Positions 48,700 to 62,100 of a stretch of DNA of 64,000 nucleotides are shown here, in pieces. Source of the DNA: Azolla caroliniana (taxonomy: Eukaryota > Plantae > Polypodiophyta); the NCBI GenBank assembly GCA_043228905.1, contig JBHGNT010000009.1:19840001-19904000 (forward strand), given 5' to 3'. Each line of letters opens with the position of its first letter. The first letter of the stretch is position 1. The notes beneath the pieces were generated by a model that saw only the letters and a list, made by a program, of their open reading frames with translations, did no database searches and had not been told where the DNA came from. Made by a program: the position numbers and the translations under genes.

Positions 48700-50742
48700 T
48701 CAATTGATTACACTGGGCTGCTCCCGGCCATAATCCAAGGTAAGTTCTTGGAATGGCGGGATATTGTCCATTGCAAAAAGCATGACATGGGGGAACCTCG
48801 AGTTATGATCGCGATACACGCATTGCACTAACAAATTCGGGCAACCACTATGATTGATAAACCTCAATGCATTCCCACATCGGCTCGAATCAATGATGAT
48901 ATGCGGCCTAACCAACATATACTTTGTCGTTTCTTGCCAGCCTTGGACTAGATTGCCTATAGTTTCCGGAATGTGGCCCCAAGGTGGCTCCCTATCGGGC
49001 AATGCGAACACGTCCAATATGTGGTCTCTTTTCTCCGAGGACATGGGCACGTCTTTGTCCACAATCCTCCCGGTGTACTCGCCAACGAAACTGCCCGCGG
49101 GGATTGTGTCCCACGACCTTAGGCCCCATCCTCGGTCTTCCGTTTTGAACACCTCGAGCCGAGGCTTGGGGCCTCGGCCTCGTTGGGTCGCTCTATTCCG
49201 GCAATTCGAGGAGCACTTGCAATGGATCCCGCATTCATAAATTGAGCCCTTTTCCTTCACTAGCACGCCATTTAGGAGGTACGGGAACGCGCATCCATTC
49301 CGTAGGAAGCATGAGCAAGTCCGGGTCGGCGAGCACGTGCCCACACAATCACAACCTTGAGGATAGGACCCATCATAGTTATAGTAGTAGTATCGGCGAT
49401 CGTTACTATTACAATTGTTGTTATTATCGGAGTTTCCGTGCGGGTCACCCTCCTCGTGGAGGTTAGAGATTAGGTATTCGAATTCACGGGGGCGCCGCAC
49501 CTCGTCCAAGGTGTTGACCACACACACAGGCTCGTTCTCTTTCCCGGAGCTTATATCGGCCACACGCAAGCCTTCACGGGGGCCCGACAATGACTTGAGC
49601 CGATGGGACGTATGGAGGCGGGCCGAGCCAAGCTCGGATTGGCGCGGCAATCGGCAAAGCCGGAACTTGTATTCCTCGAACCCGGATTTGCCCGTCTCGG
49701 TCCAACACCCGACGACCCGATAGAGGCCATCGTAGGTGTAGACTTTCCCCGTAGGGCTAGATGGGTCCTTGATGCCTCGGATGACCCGGATGGGGAGCGC
49801 GTGCTTCATGCTCCCTTCTAAGGCGAGGTTCCCACGCTCGAGCTTCTGGTCCTCATGCGGCTTCTTCTTGTCGGCCGAGCCGCGCCCGCCTTGGCCCGTG
49901 TAGACAAGGACTTCTCCATCGTCTTTCAAATCGTAGACACCCGATGAGATGATGCTGACCGCGATCGGGGTATCATAATGCTGCGATTGATCAGGGCCTC
50001 TTGATGAAGCAATGGATGATGATGAGATGTAATCGATTCCCGCTTGGAGGGGGCCATGCATCCCAATGCATGCGATCTCCATCCGGAAGTAGAATATGTC
50101 TCCAATCTCAACCCCTGGCACCTGTCCGGGCGATTTCCGCGATCGGTTCACTGACATCTCCGATGTGTTGATGATTCTCCCCGCTTGCAGGTCCGGCCGA
50201 CAACTCTTCGATGATTCCTTCCCTTTCATCTCCTCTAGGTATAGGAAATGCCGGCACAATCCGTAGTAGAGCCGTAACGTATTCAACACGGCTTTCCGAG
50301 GAGTGTCGGGGTGATTGGGGTTAGGGTTAGGATTGGGATTGGGATTGGGATTAGTGTTAGAGTTAGGGTTAGGGTTAGAATTGGGATTAGGGTTGGGGTT
50401 AGGGTTAGGGTTAGGGTTGAAATTCACATCCTTATCATAGGCACTTGATGGCTCACCTGTATTCTCCGAATCTCCATTGCTGGGATGCTCGGTTCCACCT
50501 GCTGCGAAGATCCTCTGGAAGTGGAAGAATCGGTGCGGATCGAACGAGGCGGGGATGCATGGATCGATCCCCGTGGGGGCCACGATACGTAACGGAAGCA
50601 CGAAATGGACGAAAGCCGGATGGGCGGGATCGCAGCGTTCATTCTTAGCATCATCATAATCATGTGGCTTCTGATGATTATGATTATGATGATGGTTGTG
50701 GTGGTGGTGAGTAGATGAGGATGGAGTAGATTGATGCTCCAT
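48700..50742 (-). CDS. SUVH: SU(VAR)3-9 homolog (SRA/YDG, pre-SET, SET; no post-SET), no coding introns, about 680 aa
   Basis: G.VPGVEIGDIFYFRME, AGIDY, VYTGQGG, LERGNLAL, YTYDGLY (SRA); Cys-rich pre-SET; GWGLRS, EYTG, RFINHS, ELTLDYG (SET). ATG at 50742 follows a CAG acceptor, suggesting a 5'UTR intron. Confidence 0.93.
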   Translation of the reverse strand: MEHQSTPSSSTHHHHNHHHNHNHQKPHDYDDAKNERCDPAHPAFVHFVLPLRIVAPTGIDPCIPASFDPHRFFHFQRIFAAGGTEHPSNGDSENTGEPSSAYDKDVNFNPNPNPNPNPNPNSNPNPNSNTNPNPNPNPNPNPNHPDTPRKAVLNTLRLYYGLCRHFLYLEEMKGKESSKSCRPDLQAGRIINTSEMSVNRSRKSPGQVPGVEIGDIFYFRMEIACIGMHGPLQAGIDYISSSSIASSRGPDQSQHYDTPIAVSIISSGVYDLKDDGEVLVYTGQGGRGSADKKKPHEDQKLERGNLALEGSMKHALPIRVIRGIKDPSSPTGKVYTYDGLYRVVGCWTETGKSGFEEYKFRLCRLPRQSELGSARLHTSHRLKSLSGPREGLRVADISSGKENEPVCVVNTLDEVRRPREFEYLISNLHEEGDPHGNSDNNNNCNSNDRRYYYYNYDGSYPQGCDCVGTCSPTRTCSCFLRNGCAFPYLLNGVLVKEKGSIYECGIHCKCSSNCRNRATQRGRGPKPRLEVFKTEDRGWGLRSWDTIPAGSFVGEYTGRIVDKDVPMSSEKRDHILDVFALPDREPPWGHIPETIGNLVQGWQETTKYMLVRPHIIIDSSRCGNALRFINHSGCPNLLVQCVYRDHNSRFPHVMLFAMDNIPPFQELTLDYGREQPSVIN
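50314..50420 (-). repeat. Coding hexamer repeat (Asn-Pro)n; reads as TTAGGG/TTGGGA on the + strand
   Basis: In frame within the SUVH N-terminus. Confidence 0.9.
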
Positions 50743-51539
50743 CCTGGAACAGACACACACATGTATATATATATGTATACAGTGTTGTGGCTATGGCTAT
50801 GGCTATGGAGGTAAGGTAGTTGCTTGCTTGTCTCTCACATGAGGACTTCAAATTGATTAGGGTTTCCTGGTTAACAGATTTTTATTTATTTACTTACCTA
50901 CTTATTCATGTGGAATAATTACTGAAATTTTAAAATTAAAAGCAAAAAATCAAAATCAATAGGCATATATGTATGTATGTATATATTTAGGGGTTCTAGT
51001 AAATAAGCTTTGACAAATAATAAATAAACCTAAAAATCAGTACATATTTGTTCTTTTCTTTTTTTTAAAGGAAAAAGAAAAGAAAACAAGCAGAGGATGG
51101 GTGTGTTTAATTCTTACAAAAACATTTCTTTTCTCGGTAAATAACATTAAACTAAAATTAGAATTAAATACACACACAATTAGACAGACACAGACATGCA
51201 AGAAGTAACATCAATGGATATGGAGTATAAATCAGGAATTATTATTTATTTAGAGAGGAATATATATTTATATATATATATATATACATTTATATACATA
51301 TACATATGTATGTATATGGAATTAGGTCGTAGTGCTATACATACATATTTATTTTATTTAACTGGATTAGAAAAGGAAAGGGCGAATTAAATTCCAAGTC
51401 CACACACACACATGCAAGAACAGAGTACTCTGTTTTTTCTGCACAAAGAAAGAGACACAAAGAGAGAGAGAGAGAGATAAGAAGAGGGGTGGGGTTAAAG
51501 TGTGAGAGATGTCACAACAAGAGCCCCCACATAGTTGAC

Positions 51540-51625
51540 GATGATTATGAGGATGATAGTGATGGTTATGGTTATGGTGATGGTGATGGTGATGGTGATG
51601 GTGATGGTGATGGTGATGGTGATGG
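51540..51625. repeat. (GATGGT)n microsatellite in the probable SUVH 5' leader
   Basis: Directly visible; telo-box AAACCCTAA nearby at about 51748. Confidence 0.85.
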
Positions 51626-54059
51626 ATCCATCCATCACAATAGTGACACTTGTCTCTTGCATGCCCATCACAACTTTCTTTCTTCAGACCCGACACTTCG
51701 GACTCGCCGAAGAAGAAGAAGACGCAGAAGAAAGAAGAGCGCATCGAAAACCCTAAACCAAATCCCACCCCCTCGATGTTTTTCTTGCTTTTTTTATTAC
51801 AACAATCGGGGCTCTCATTGGCTAGAGAGTAAGTGAGCAAGTGAGCGATGATCAATCGCTCGCTTGATGGATGCACACCATTGTTATGTCGAGATTCACC
51901 GATGTCCTACTCTGGTAGATGCACCACTTGGAAAAGCCCCAAAGCTCTTTTGTATGTGCCAGAACAAACCTACATCTAACATGTAATCACCTCGTGCCTT
52001 TACTACTATTAATATACCATATTATCCATCACGACTTCGTTGATTACGTTCTTGCTGACGCCTTGAAACGAAGATGTGTTAAGACTTGACGACCATTTCC
52101 CTAACTTATCCGCACATACATTTGATGTTGCGTTCCTATAAATAACTTGTGTTTCTAGTGGAGTAACATGAGTAATTCTTTGTGGAAAATGATCACAGAT
52201 GATATTGTATAGTTCTTGACATTACATGACGTCTTCTTATGAAGGGTTGTGGTTTGTCTTTTGCGATTCATTAGTATTGTTGTTGCTTCCTCTTTAGACT
52301 CGACAGTGTAGGAGATGACCAACACTAATTATAAAAATGGAGCTTTTTTTCATTTGATAGAATGATCATCGACCAATAACAACACTTGAAGAAGGGTTGC
52401 CTTTTAAATGCAACAGTGTCTCATGTTGATCAACAATACTTGCAAAGGAGCTATTGTTGGTGGAATCATCATTGATCAAAAACAAGATGTCATTCGTGAC
52501 ATGACTTTGTCACGATGACAACTTTAAATTCATTGGTGTTGCATTTTGTTGTCTTTTCAAATAAGTTAGTATTGGGTTTGTTGTTGACACTACTTGGAGG
52601 GGGATCCATTATGTGGTAGAAAGATAATTTCTAAATAACAATATATTGTTATTGACATACCTCTAGGGGGATCTATTGGGCTTGTGCTATAGTGTTCGTC
52701 ATAAATAACAAAATATTGTTATTGACATAACTTTACCTGATGATGGTTACAATTTGCTTTTAGATCCTTTGATGCTGTTGTTAAGTGGCACTACAAATAG
52801 ATGCACTATTGTGTGCTTGGAAGGATGAACATTAGACAAATAACAATATATATCGTTTCTAACACAAGTTTCAATGTTGATGGATTCACAAGTGATTAAT
52901 TAAAGAGTCAATAGGATTCATTTCATGGAAGAAGTTAAAAGAGATTGAACAAATCAGGTAATGCCTATATGGGTCAGTAGGAAGTAGTAAAAGCAAATTA
53001 TGAATTTTATTAAAGAGAATGAACAAATAATAGAATCATTAGAGGGTATAGAAATTCGAGAACAAGGAAGAAACAAATCAATTGATGACTGAAATCATTA
53101 CATGGATATCTAAAAACTAGCTATAAACGTTTACTAGTTTTTGTAAGAAAATTTACGCGAATATAACTAGCATTGGCCTCTAAGCCAACTTCTACTTTTC
53201 AATTATGATCAACTTAGTTAAAGTGACCCAATTTTTTCTCTATAATTTAAAAAAATTAATGAAACACATCATGACTCAGGAGCAAAAAGTTCTTATCATC
53301 TTCTATCATAAGATGGATATGGTTTTCCAACAAAAAGTCAACAAAAAGCATGCCAGTTTGAGACCCAAATTTGTCCTTATGGTTTCCAAACACATTATTT
53401 ATTGAGTAATTATAAGTTTAGTTTTGAACATTGCAAACTATTGAGACCCACTAAATCAATATTTTTGCCATGGTGGTTTTTAAAAACATTCATGATTTAC
53501 ATCAAGACAGTTTGTGTTCTAAAACAAATGAGGTTGAGACAAAGTTAGTCATTAAGCATATGAGTCTGATGTCTCGGCAAAACGTCGATATTTTGAAAAG
53601 CCTATGGATGTGATGGCATCATTTCTTCATGATTGAGATAGGCATAACTTGAGATCCAATCAGTTTATGAGTATAGTTATGAACATTTATGCCTCATATC
53701 CTCGAAGTAATCAATTCATCTCCTCATATTTAGTGTACAAACTAATCGAATCAAACATTGATAGTAGTGCAATGAGATTGATGGACCATTATGATGACGA
53801 CAAGATTAGGTTTTCTCGTATAAGCGAAATACCCTTGAAGTTCAAATTCTCTATTGTTTGTTTGTATGTCTTAGAAGTTGGAGGTTTCTTCAAATTATTC
53901 TTTGCATGCATTTAATTTTCCCTTAATGAAGAGTGAGGGGTCAATTTTATTTTCAAGTAAACTTGCATGATGATATAATTTTGTTGAATATTTTGTATGC
54001 CCAAACTATTTAGTTTCAACACAAATAAAAAAGAAAGTAATATATTAACAAAAAAAAAA

Positions 54060-55710
54060 GAATATCACTCTTGAGTCTTGAGAAGATCCATCCACTATTC
54101 ATTTATACAACAATTACACAATGACTAACAACGAGGTAACACAAATTGTTTTGACCAAAATAATTCACCCTCCTAATATAGTTAGGGTTCATAATAGTTT
54201 GGCCAACTAACCTTTTCCTTGATGTCTTCTATTTACAACAATCTCCCACCAAAAGATGACACAACCAAGAGTTTACAATGTCCATTTACATACACCAAGT
54301 TTGTCACATGATACAAATGATGCTCACACATTAGAACCCACCATATCATACCGTTGTCTATAGATTGTCGATGAATGCACGACTTTATTCCGACTCAAAT
54401 TCATACTTTGGGTAATCTTCCTTGCTTAGCCTTTTGTAAGTTGGAATTAACACTCCAAGACTCTTGGCATTTTGGTGATGTACTCATGACATGTGAATTT
54501 GTCAAACCTCCTTGTCTTAGGTGATCCACATCCCCATATATATGCTTCACCTTCTAGATCCTTCATGTCAAATATTTGGCCCATCTTCTGCTTCAAAATT
54601 GATTTTGTTGTGTGGCCCAACCTTTTCTTCCAACCCAATTCATGCCCTTCGTTTAGTGCGCTCCCACTAACATTGAAAGTTCCAACTTTACATTTGGATG
54701 GTCAATGAACCTTACCCTTCTCATTTTGTCTTCCTTCATGGTCTAGGTCATTGGATTCCACATTTTAATCCTTCAACTTTGAATTGGAATCATGACTAAG
54801 TAAAATGCATTTTTTTAACTTCTAGTCCAACTTCTTGTGCAACATGGAGCACATGGACATCAAAATCCCCATCCACACATCTCCAAGCTCTACAAGGACT
54901 ATAACTTATGGATTCCTTCCAACAAAGACCTCATCAAATGACCAGACTTGCCATGCAATGGTTCCATCATTCCCTTAAATTCAAACATTGCAATGATAGT
55001 CCCAAAATTTAGACTATATTTTATGTCCTTAAAGACATAATATTAAGCTCCTCAAAGACAGTCTAAATCTATTGTTTCGAGAAGCCATGCTTTTTATTCA
55101 TAATATAATAATGGTTGTTACACCACAAACTACCCTACATTCCTCATAGTAAAGCCACCTTCATCATCATAATTTGGAAAGGCTAAATTGTTAATTATGG
55201 CCATTATATAGTCAGAGTTATCATAGTGGAGGTGAATGTTAGAGGCCAGCTAATTAATTAAGCAAAACATATAGAATTATAGACAAAAGAAAGGAAAGAG
55301 GGGTGCCAAACCACCAGACACCCTCTAACAATGACATGAAACAGACCCGAACCTCCTCGATGTCCCATTGAGGGATGATATGAGTCATACCTTAGGCTCA
55401 ATGAGGATCGCACGTGCTTAGCTAATGACAACCATAGACACATTTACATAGTCTCAACATAAATCAAGCCTCCCTGACAAGAAGGCGACGAGTCTTCTTA
55501 TATAGGCAGAACCCCTAGGCCTTGGTATGTTCATAATTGATTACTTTTTGGGAAGTGGTCAAGTGATACCACACTTAATAGTTATCTCACAGTATATGAA
55601 TTGTGATGTTCAGATCATACCTTCATTCCTTACGACTCATCATAAGATTAGGAAAACCATAGAAAACCTATCACATGATTAGTTATATTTATGCATGTAA
55701 CAAACTCCCC
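54060..55710 (-). mobile_element. Heavily decayed copia remnant
   Basis: CAACA-ATCTCCCACC (LTR/PPT-like) at about 54236; FDMKDL RT motif (54447-54638); GTGATACCA (reverse PBS-like) at about 55563. Confidence 0.45.
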
Positions 55711-56240
55711 CACTTTAATAGATTGCACTCTTGTAATGACTATTTGAAAGAAGTGTGTTATGATATGCTTTGCGAACAAGAAGGTTGATCAATTAAGCAA
55801 ATGAACCAATACTTGTGACTATAAGGGGTTGACAAACTTGTGAGGTTAATTTAGCGCACTTACTCATAGACAGTCTTAGACTTTACCAATACAAACAATT
55901 TTTATTTTGTACATGGTTAAATACATGAGGTTACCAATGCTAGTTGACAAAAGATAGCGCTTTGTCTTGAGTAGTCTTACATTGTCTTGTGTAATATGCA
56001 ACTTATGTTTGTATATCCCATAGATAGTTTATGTTGTGTGTAACTCATCATGATTAAAGTTAACATCGATCGAGGCTTTTGGCTAACATAATAAACCAAT
56101 ATCAAAGGACTATATCCAATGGACGAATGTTTAGAAAAAACTCCATAATAGGAGGCTATTATTCCTATAAGCTTGAAGCATATCCTCTATAATTTGAACA
56201 ATGGTTTGATTGGGTCCATCAAATTGAGATTGTTTATGGA

Positions 56241-57330
56241 TGAAAAGAAATACGTGCGTAAGCTTGAAGACCTAAACGACTTCATAGGATGTTAATCAGA
56301 AAATATACACAGGTTTAATGGAAGCTTCAAACCACATAGAGAGTACACGAGAGAGATAGAGAGAGCAGAACAACATAAACTCAATTTCAAAATATCACTC
56401 TGTACATACAATGTGCTCAGAGAGCACTTTTATACAAGGCCTTTCAAGGACTGACAGAAGTACCTAGTACTTCAATGCTCGTACCGAGCTACTAACACTA
56501 ACTCCTAGGATAACTACCTAGTAGTTTAGGAGTGTAGACTTCCAACGGCCTACTGGTTTGCACTCCGATCCGGTTCTCTGTTCCGGACACCGATCCGACT
56601 CTCCGTTCTGGACACTAATCCGGCTCTTCGTTCCGGACACCGATTCAGCTCTGGCTTACTCAGCCGATCCGAACCCGGTTGAGCATGTCCACTCAACACT
56701 CCCCCTCAAGCTCAACCTGAGGTTGGATCGTGGTGTCAGTGTCTGCTGGTCCTTCCCTCCGACTCTTCCTAGCGTCTTCCCGCCTTCCTTTCCGAACCTT
56801 TCCGGATGAACAACGACGAGTCGAACTTGGAGGCCACAAACCCCATCTGATGCAACCCGTGCGTGATCTTCAAATTCCAACCTCGGGGCTTGCTTCAAGC
56901 CATAAAGTGACTTCTTGAGTCGGCACATGACTGACTTGTTCATCTCCGATTGAAAACCAGGGGGCTGGATTATGTAGACTTGTTCTTTAGGGTCACATTG
57001 AAGAAATGCATTCTTCACTTCCATTTGGTGAAGATGCCACTCCCTTGCCGTAGCAACCGCGAGCACCACACGAACTCTGGTCATCTTCGCTATCGGAGTG
57101 AAGGTCTCGTCGTAGTCAATTCCGTGGGTTTGCGCATATCCTTTAGCCACTAACCGAGCCTTGTATTGGTTGACCGAACCGTCAACATTATACTTTACCT
57201 TGAATACCCACTTGCAACCGATCGGTTTGCAATGTTGGGGAGCGTCAACCACGTCCCGTGTGTTGTTGGCATTGAGTGCCCGTATTTCTTCCTCCATTGC
57301 GGCACGCTAATGTGCGTCCTTTACTGCTTC
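56241..57330 (-). mobile_element. 3' part of an internally deleted copia (458-bp LTR, PPT, RT N-terminal half)
   Basis: LTR 56241-56698; CTCCCCCTCAAG; CKWVFKVK, YKARLVAKG, KKSLYGLKQAPR; RNase H missing (junction at about 56805). Confidence 0.85.
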
Positions 57331-59177
57331 TGTTGGGAAACAGGTGCCTCTAGATGGGACCCGGATGAGCCGGATCGGTTAGATCCAAAAGGAGAACTAG
57401 CAAATAGGAACATATTAGTAAATATGTTCAGACGTGACGATTGAGGTCATATTTGTAAATAGTCCTAAAGTTACATATGTATACATATAACTAGGGCAAT
57501 AATGTTTGTAGTAGTGATCATCATCATTATAGTTGTTACTGTACACACAGAGGGAGAGTGAGAGATGTTGAATGTGGGTCTCTAATGAACGTATTCACAT
57601 TGTCTCCTTTTGTACACACTAGGTTTAGGCTATTTATGTAAATAGTGAGAAGGGGCAGTTGCCCTAAGTTAGTCACTATATAAGCTGACTTTGTAACCTA
57701 GTTTGGTGGTTGGTTGAAATATAGTTTATCTTGTGCCTAATCGTCTCTCTCTCTTGCGTTCTTGTTTGATCTTACTACTTGATTCTGTCTCTAGTTGCCA
57801 TTAATCTACATTGCTTACATCCACTTATGATCCTCACTTTAGGAGAGCGTTGATTTGTTCCACACAGTACGGCTCTGTTCACAGCATCTAGTATCAAAGC
57901 TTGGTGTTCTCGATTATGCTGTCGCCATCTACTTTGTCTCCATCAGCAACTCTTCTTTTGTACACCGTGAAGATCTTGGCTGGCAACTCTCTACAAGACT
58001 GTTTTTCGTAAAGAGAAACACTGGCAAAATCTGTACTCCACTATTCTAAATCACCATTGAAGTGAGCCAATCAGTTGCACTTCACTCCTATGATTGTAGC
58101 CGCTCGGTGTGAGATTTCGCTTCACAAGCTCTGCCTCAGCCACACTACATTGGATTAGACAACAATCTAGTAGGTCCCCTGACGCTAGTCACTTTCTTGT
58201 CGTAATCACTCGTAGTTGTTTGGGCTCCAGGAACAACCCCCTTCCATGCTTCATTCAGCTAGACAACACTAAGAAAGATTACCTGAATCTTGTTCTTCTC
58301 ATTGTCATAGTCAATTGAAGCAAGGTCGGCCTAGATAATCGGCACATATTGTGTGTTCGGAAATCTCGAAAATCGACATTTGAAATTGAATCGACACACT
58401 CGGGTCCAACTCGACTAGGCTAGTCAGCCGTAGTCACTTCGGATCGAGTCTCCCGAATTTCGTATAAGATTCGGCTTGTGTTCAAAATTGACTAGAACGA
58501 ATCTAGGTGAGCTAGTCTGCTGCACCCAACCACTGTTCATAGCCAACCCCGAACAAAGCCTCCCAAATTCAACACAGATGGCATCAACATCTAGCTCGTT
58601 AGAAATGAGTCTAAGGAAGTTCGACAGATCGAACTTCAACTTCTGGAAGGAGCAGATGCAAGGCTATCTAATAGTCAAGGGGTAAATCGACCCCATTGAA
58701 AACAAAAATGCTCCAGAAGGATACAAGCCACTTAATGAGAGAGGCTCGACAGAATTGTCCAAGCCACCATTCGGATGCACCTATCGGAGTTTGTGTACTT
58801 CACGGTTCAATCGTGTTCGACTGCCTTCGAACTATGGAAGACACTCTCGGACACCTACGAAAAAAAGGTAGCCGCTACAAAGATATATTTGATAGGGCGC
58901 TCTTATTACCTTCGGATGAAAGAATCCGATTCGGTCTAGGCACACCTCAACGAGGACGAAAGTCTAACCTCCCAAATTTCGGCTTAGGGGACGACTATCG
59001 AGATGAACAAAGAGCAATGTTGCTTATGAGTAGTCTCCCCCCTTCATGGGAAACTTTCATCACAACCGTGTGCAATGCATCGACTACGACCGTTGAATAC
59101 TTCTTAACCACGAGCGCAATTATGACTGAAGCAACTCGGAGGAAATCGTTTGCAAATAATTCGGCCAATAACGCGTT
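57331..59177 (+). mobile_element. 5' part of a nested copia (LTR, decayed PBS, gag), interrupted at 59178
   Basis: TGTTGGG start; TAGTATCAAAGC at about 57888; gag KFDRSNFNFWKEQMQ and LLMSSLPPSWE. Confidence 0.8.
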
Positions 59178-62100
59178 TGTAAACGATTACTTGCGGAAGC
59201 GTTAGAAACAGAGAAAATAGGGAATACACAGAGTACGCGAGAGAGACAGAGAGAGCAGAACGTAAAAGCTATGTTCAAAAACGATATATGCCTCTGTCAT
59301 TTACAATTGTGCTTAGTAGCACTATTTATACAAGTCCTCATGGGACTGACAAAAGTACCGCGTACTTCAATGCTCACACGAGCTTTTGACACTTACTACG
59401 AGACTATAAATGCCTAGTAGTCTAAACTAATACTAGGCTTCTGGTTACCGATTGGACCCGGCTAACCGGCTCCCCAGCTCACCGGCTCTGTTGCTTGCCG
59501 GCTTACCGATACATCTCGCTTGCCGGCTCAGGCTTATTTAGCCGATCCGGCTCCAGTTGAGCTTGCCGCTTCAACACTCCCCCTCAAGCTCAACTTGAGG
59601 TTGGATCCTAGTGTCAGTCTCTGTGGCAGTCGGTTCTTCCAACTGACTTCTCCTGGCGTCGTTCGGCCTTGCTCACGCTCCTCGTTCGGTCCGGTTCTGT
59701 TTGCCGCGACCCCTCTTGTTCTGCGCGCCTCGACCTTCTCGATCGGTATGTCTGCTCAATAGGCCCCTCTCAGCTCCTTCGCTGCTATGACTCCGACGCT
59801 TATCGATCCGTCGGTTCCTCCGCAATGGCATCGACTTCCGCTGCATCCGTGTCTGCTTGGCCTTGAATTGATCCGGTTCTTCCGAATCTGTCTTTTGAAC
59901 CGAATCGACTGTCTCCGATTCGTTCCAGCTCTTGTCCGAATCGGTTGCTCCTGATTCGTCTTCTTGTTCCAAGCCCTTCACCACATCGGACCATGTCCGG
60001 GTCTTGGCCTTCTTCCTTCGGTCGGCTCTGTCCTTCTTGACTCTGCCGCCTTCTGTTCTTCCCTCACCGGCGCAATCGGCAGTCTCTTTTCCTTTGCCCA
60101 TTCCGGTGTCTTTGCCCGTTCTCCCCCTCAAGTGTGGCACGTCGAGATGCTGAACACCAAGCATTTCGGTGAAGTGCTGCAACTTGTCCGATCCGAGCAG
60201 CTTGGTGAAGATGTCGGCTACTTGCCGATCCGTGTGAACATACCGTAGTTCAACTTCACCGCGCAGGACCAACTCATGCACAAAGTGATAATGCACTTCT
60301 ATGTGCTTCGTGGGAGCATGGAACACATGGTTCTTGGCGAGTTGCATGCTGCTTATGTTGTCGCAGTAGACCAGAATCGGGGTCGGTACCTCGATCCCTA
60401 AGTCTTGTAGCAGTCACCGAAGCCAGATGGCTTCACAGGTGGCAATGGTAGCGCCCCGATACTCAGCCTTAGTGCTCGATAGAGCAATTTTTGGCTGCTT
60501 TTTGCTGCTCCACGTAATAGCCGTGCTACCTAGGGAAAACATGTAACCGGAGGTTGATCGATGATCTGATGCATCGCCGGCCCAATCGGCATCCGTGTAA
60601 CCGACGAGCTCTTTGGGTATACCGCGCCGGTATAACAGGCCTCAGTCCTTCGTGCCGTTGCGATACGACAATATCCTTTGCGCGCACTGAAGGTGCTCCA
60701 CGGTCGGCTTCTACATGAATCATTCCGACCGGATAGCTGATGTCGGGTTGTGTGATAGTCAAGTAAATAAGGCTTCCGACAATCTGTTAGAACCGTTGCT
60801 CGTTGCAGGCCGGTTCGGAGTTGGGACGAAGCTTCTGGTTCCGGTCCAAGGGTGTGGAGACAGGTCGACATTCTGTCATGCCGAACTTGTACAACATATT
60901 CAAGACGTAATGTCGTTGTGAGAGCAATATGCCGTCCGGGGTTCGGATCACCTCGATCCCTAGAAAATAATGAAGGTCCCCCAGATCCTTTATCTCAAAT
61001 GTGTCTGACAACTGGGACTTGACGCGGTTGATTTCTGGAACTCCTGGTTCGGTGATGACTAGATCATCAACATACAACAGTATACATACCGGACCGGCTG
61101 AGCCTTGCCGGATGAACAATGAAGAGTCCGATTTGGAGGCCACAAACCCCATCTTACGCAATTGGTGCGTGATCTTCGCATTCCAAGCTCGAGGGGCTTG
61201 CTTCAAGCCGTACAACGACTTCTTCAGCCGGCATACCGCCGACTTGTTCATCTCCGATTCAAAGCCGGGGGGTGAGTCATAAAGACTTCTTCTTCAAGAT
61301 CACCTTGAAGAAATGCATTCTTCACATCCATCTGGTGAAGATGCCACCCCCTTGCTGTAGCAACCACCACCACCACACGAACCGTCGTCATCTTCGCTAC
61401 TGGAGCGAAGGTCTCATCGTAGTCGATTTCGTGGGTCTACGCGTATCCCTTCGCCACTAACCGGGCTTTATACTGGTTAACAAAACCATCGGCGTTGTAC
61501 TTTACCTTGTATATCCACTTGCATCCGATCGGTTTATAGTGACGAGGAGGGTCAACCAGGTCCCATGTCTTGTTGACATCAAGTGCCCGCATTTCTTCTT
61601 CCATAGCGGCACGCCAATTTGCGTCCTTGGCCGCATTTGCGTAGCTCTCCGGCTCACGCACTTCCGCCACCTTAGTCATGTACGCATAGTGATGCGCCAT
61701 GTACTCATTGTACACGTACCGCTTGACGGGATCCTTCTGGTGGGTGGACCGACGTAACTCACTGTTACCCGGTTTGAGGCCCTTCTTGGCCGGTTCGGTA
61801 TTCGTTGCCGAAGATCCGCCTTTCTCCTTGCCGGAGTCGAATGCACACTGATCCGACTCATCGTGGCTGGTTTCGAATTCCGGCATCTTCTTTTTCCCCT
61901 TCTCTTTGCACGTGAACCGTCGCCTCGGTTCGTTGCGCGGGGAGTGCACGGCAGAGTCTCCACTACTCGCCGGTTCCTCATCGGACAGGTCAGATTGACT
62001 CAGTCTCTCGTTTGGCCCGCTCAACCGGAACGATTCCGGACTCTCATGTTGAGTCCACGCTTCATCATCCTCTACCTAGGCCGGTTCAGGCTCACTAGCC

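Noticed and set aside
50314-50420. Interstitial telomere (TTAGGG)
   Set aside because: In-frame Asn-Pro codons with synonymous variation inside the SUVH CDS
51367-51876. Poly-His and poly-Gly-Asp ORFs
   Set aside because: By-products of a hexamer microsatellite in the probable 5' leader; no domain similarity visible
52000-54000. Possible DNA transposon remnant upstream of SUVH
   Set aside because: No recognisable motifs, termini or TSD
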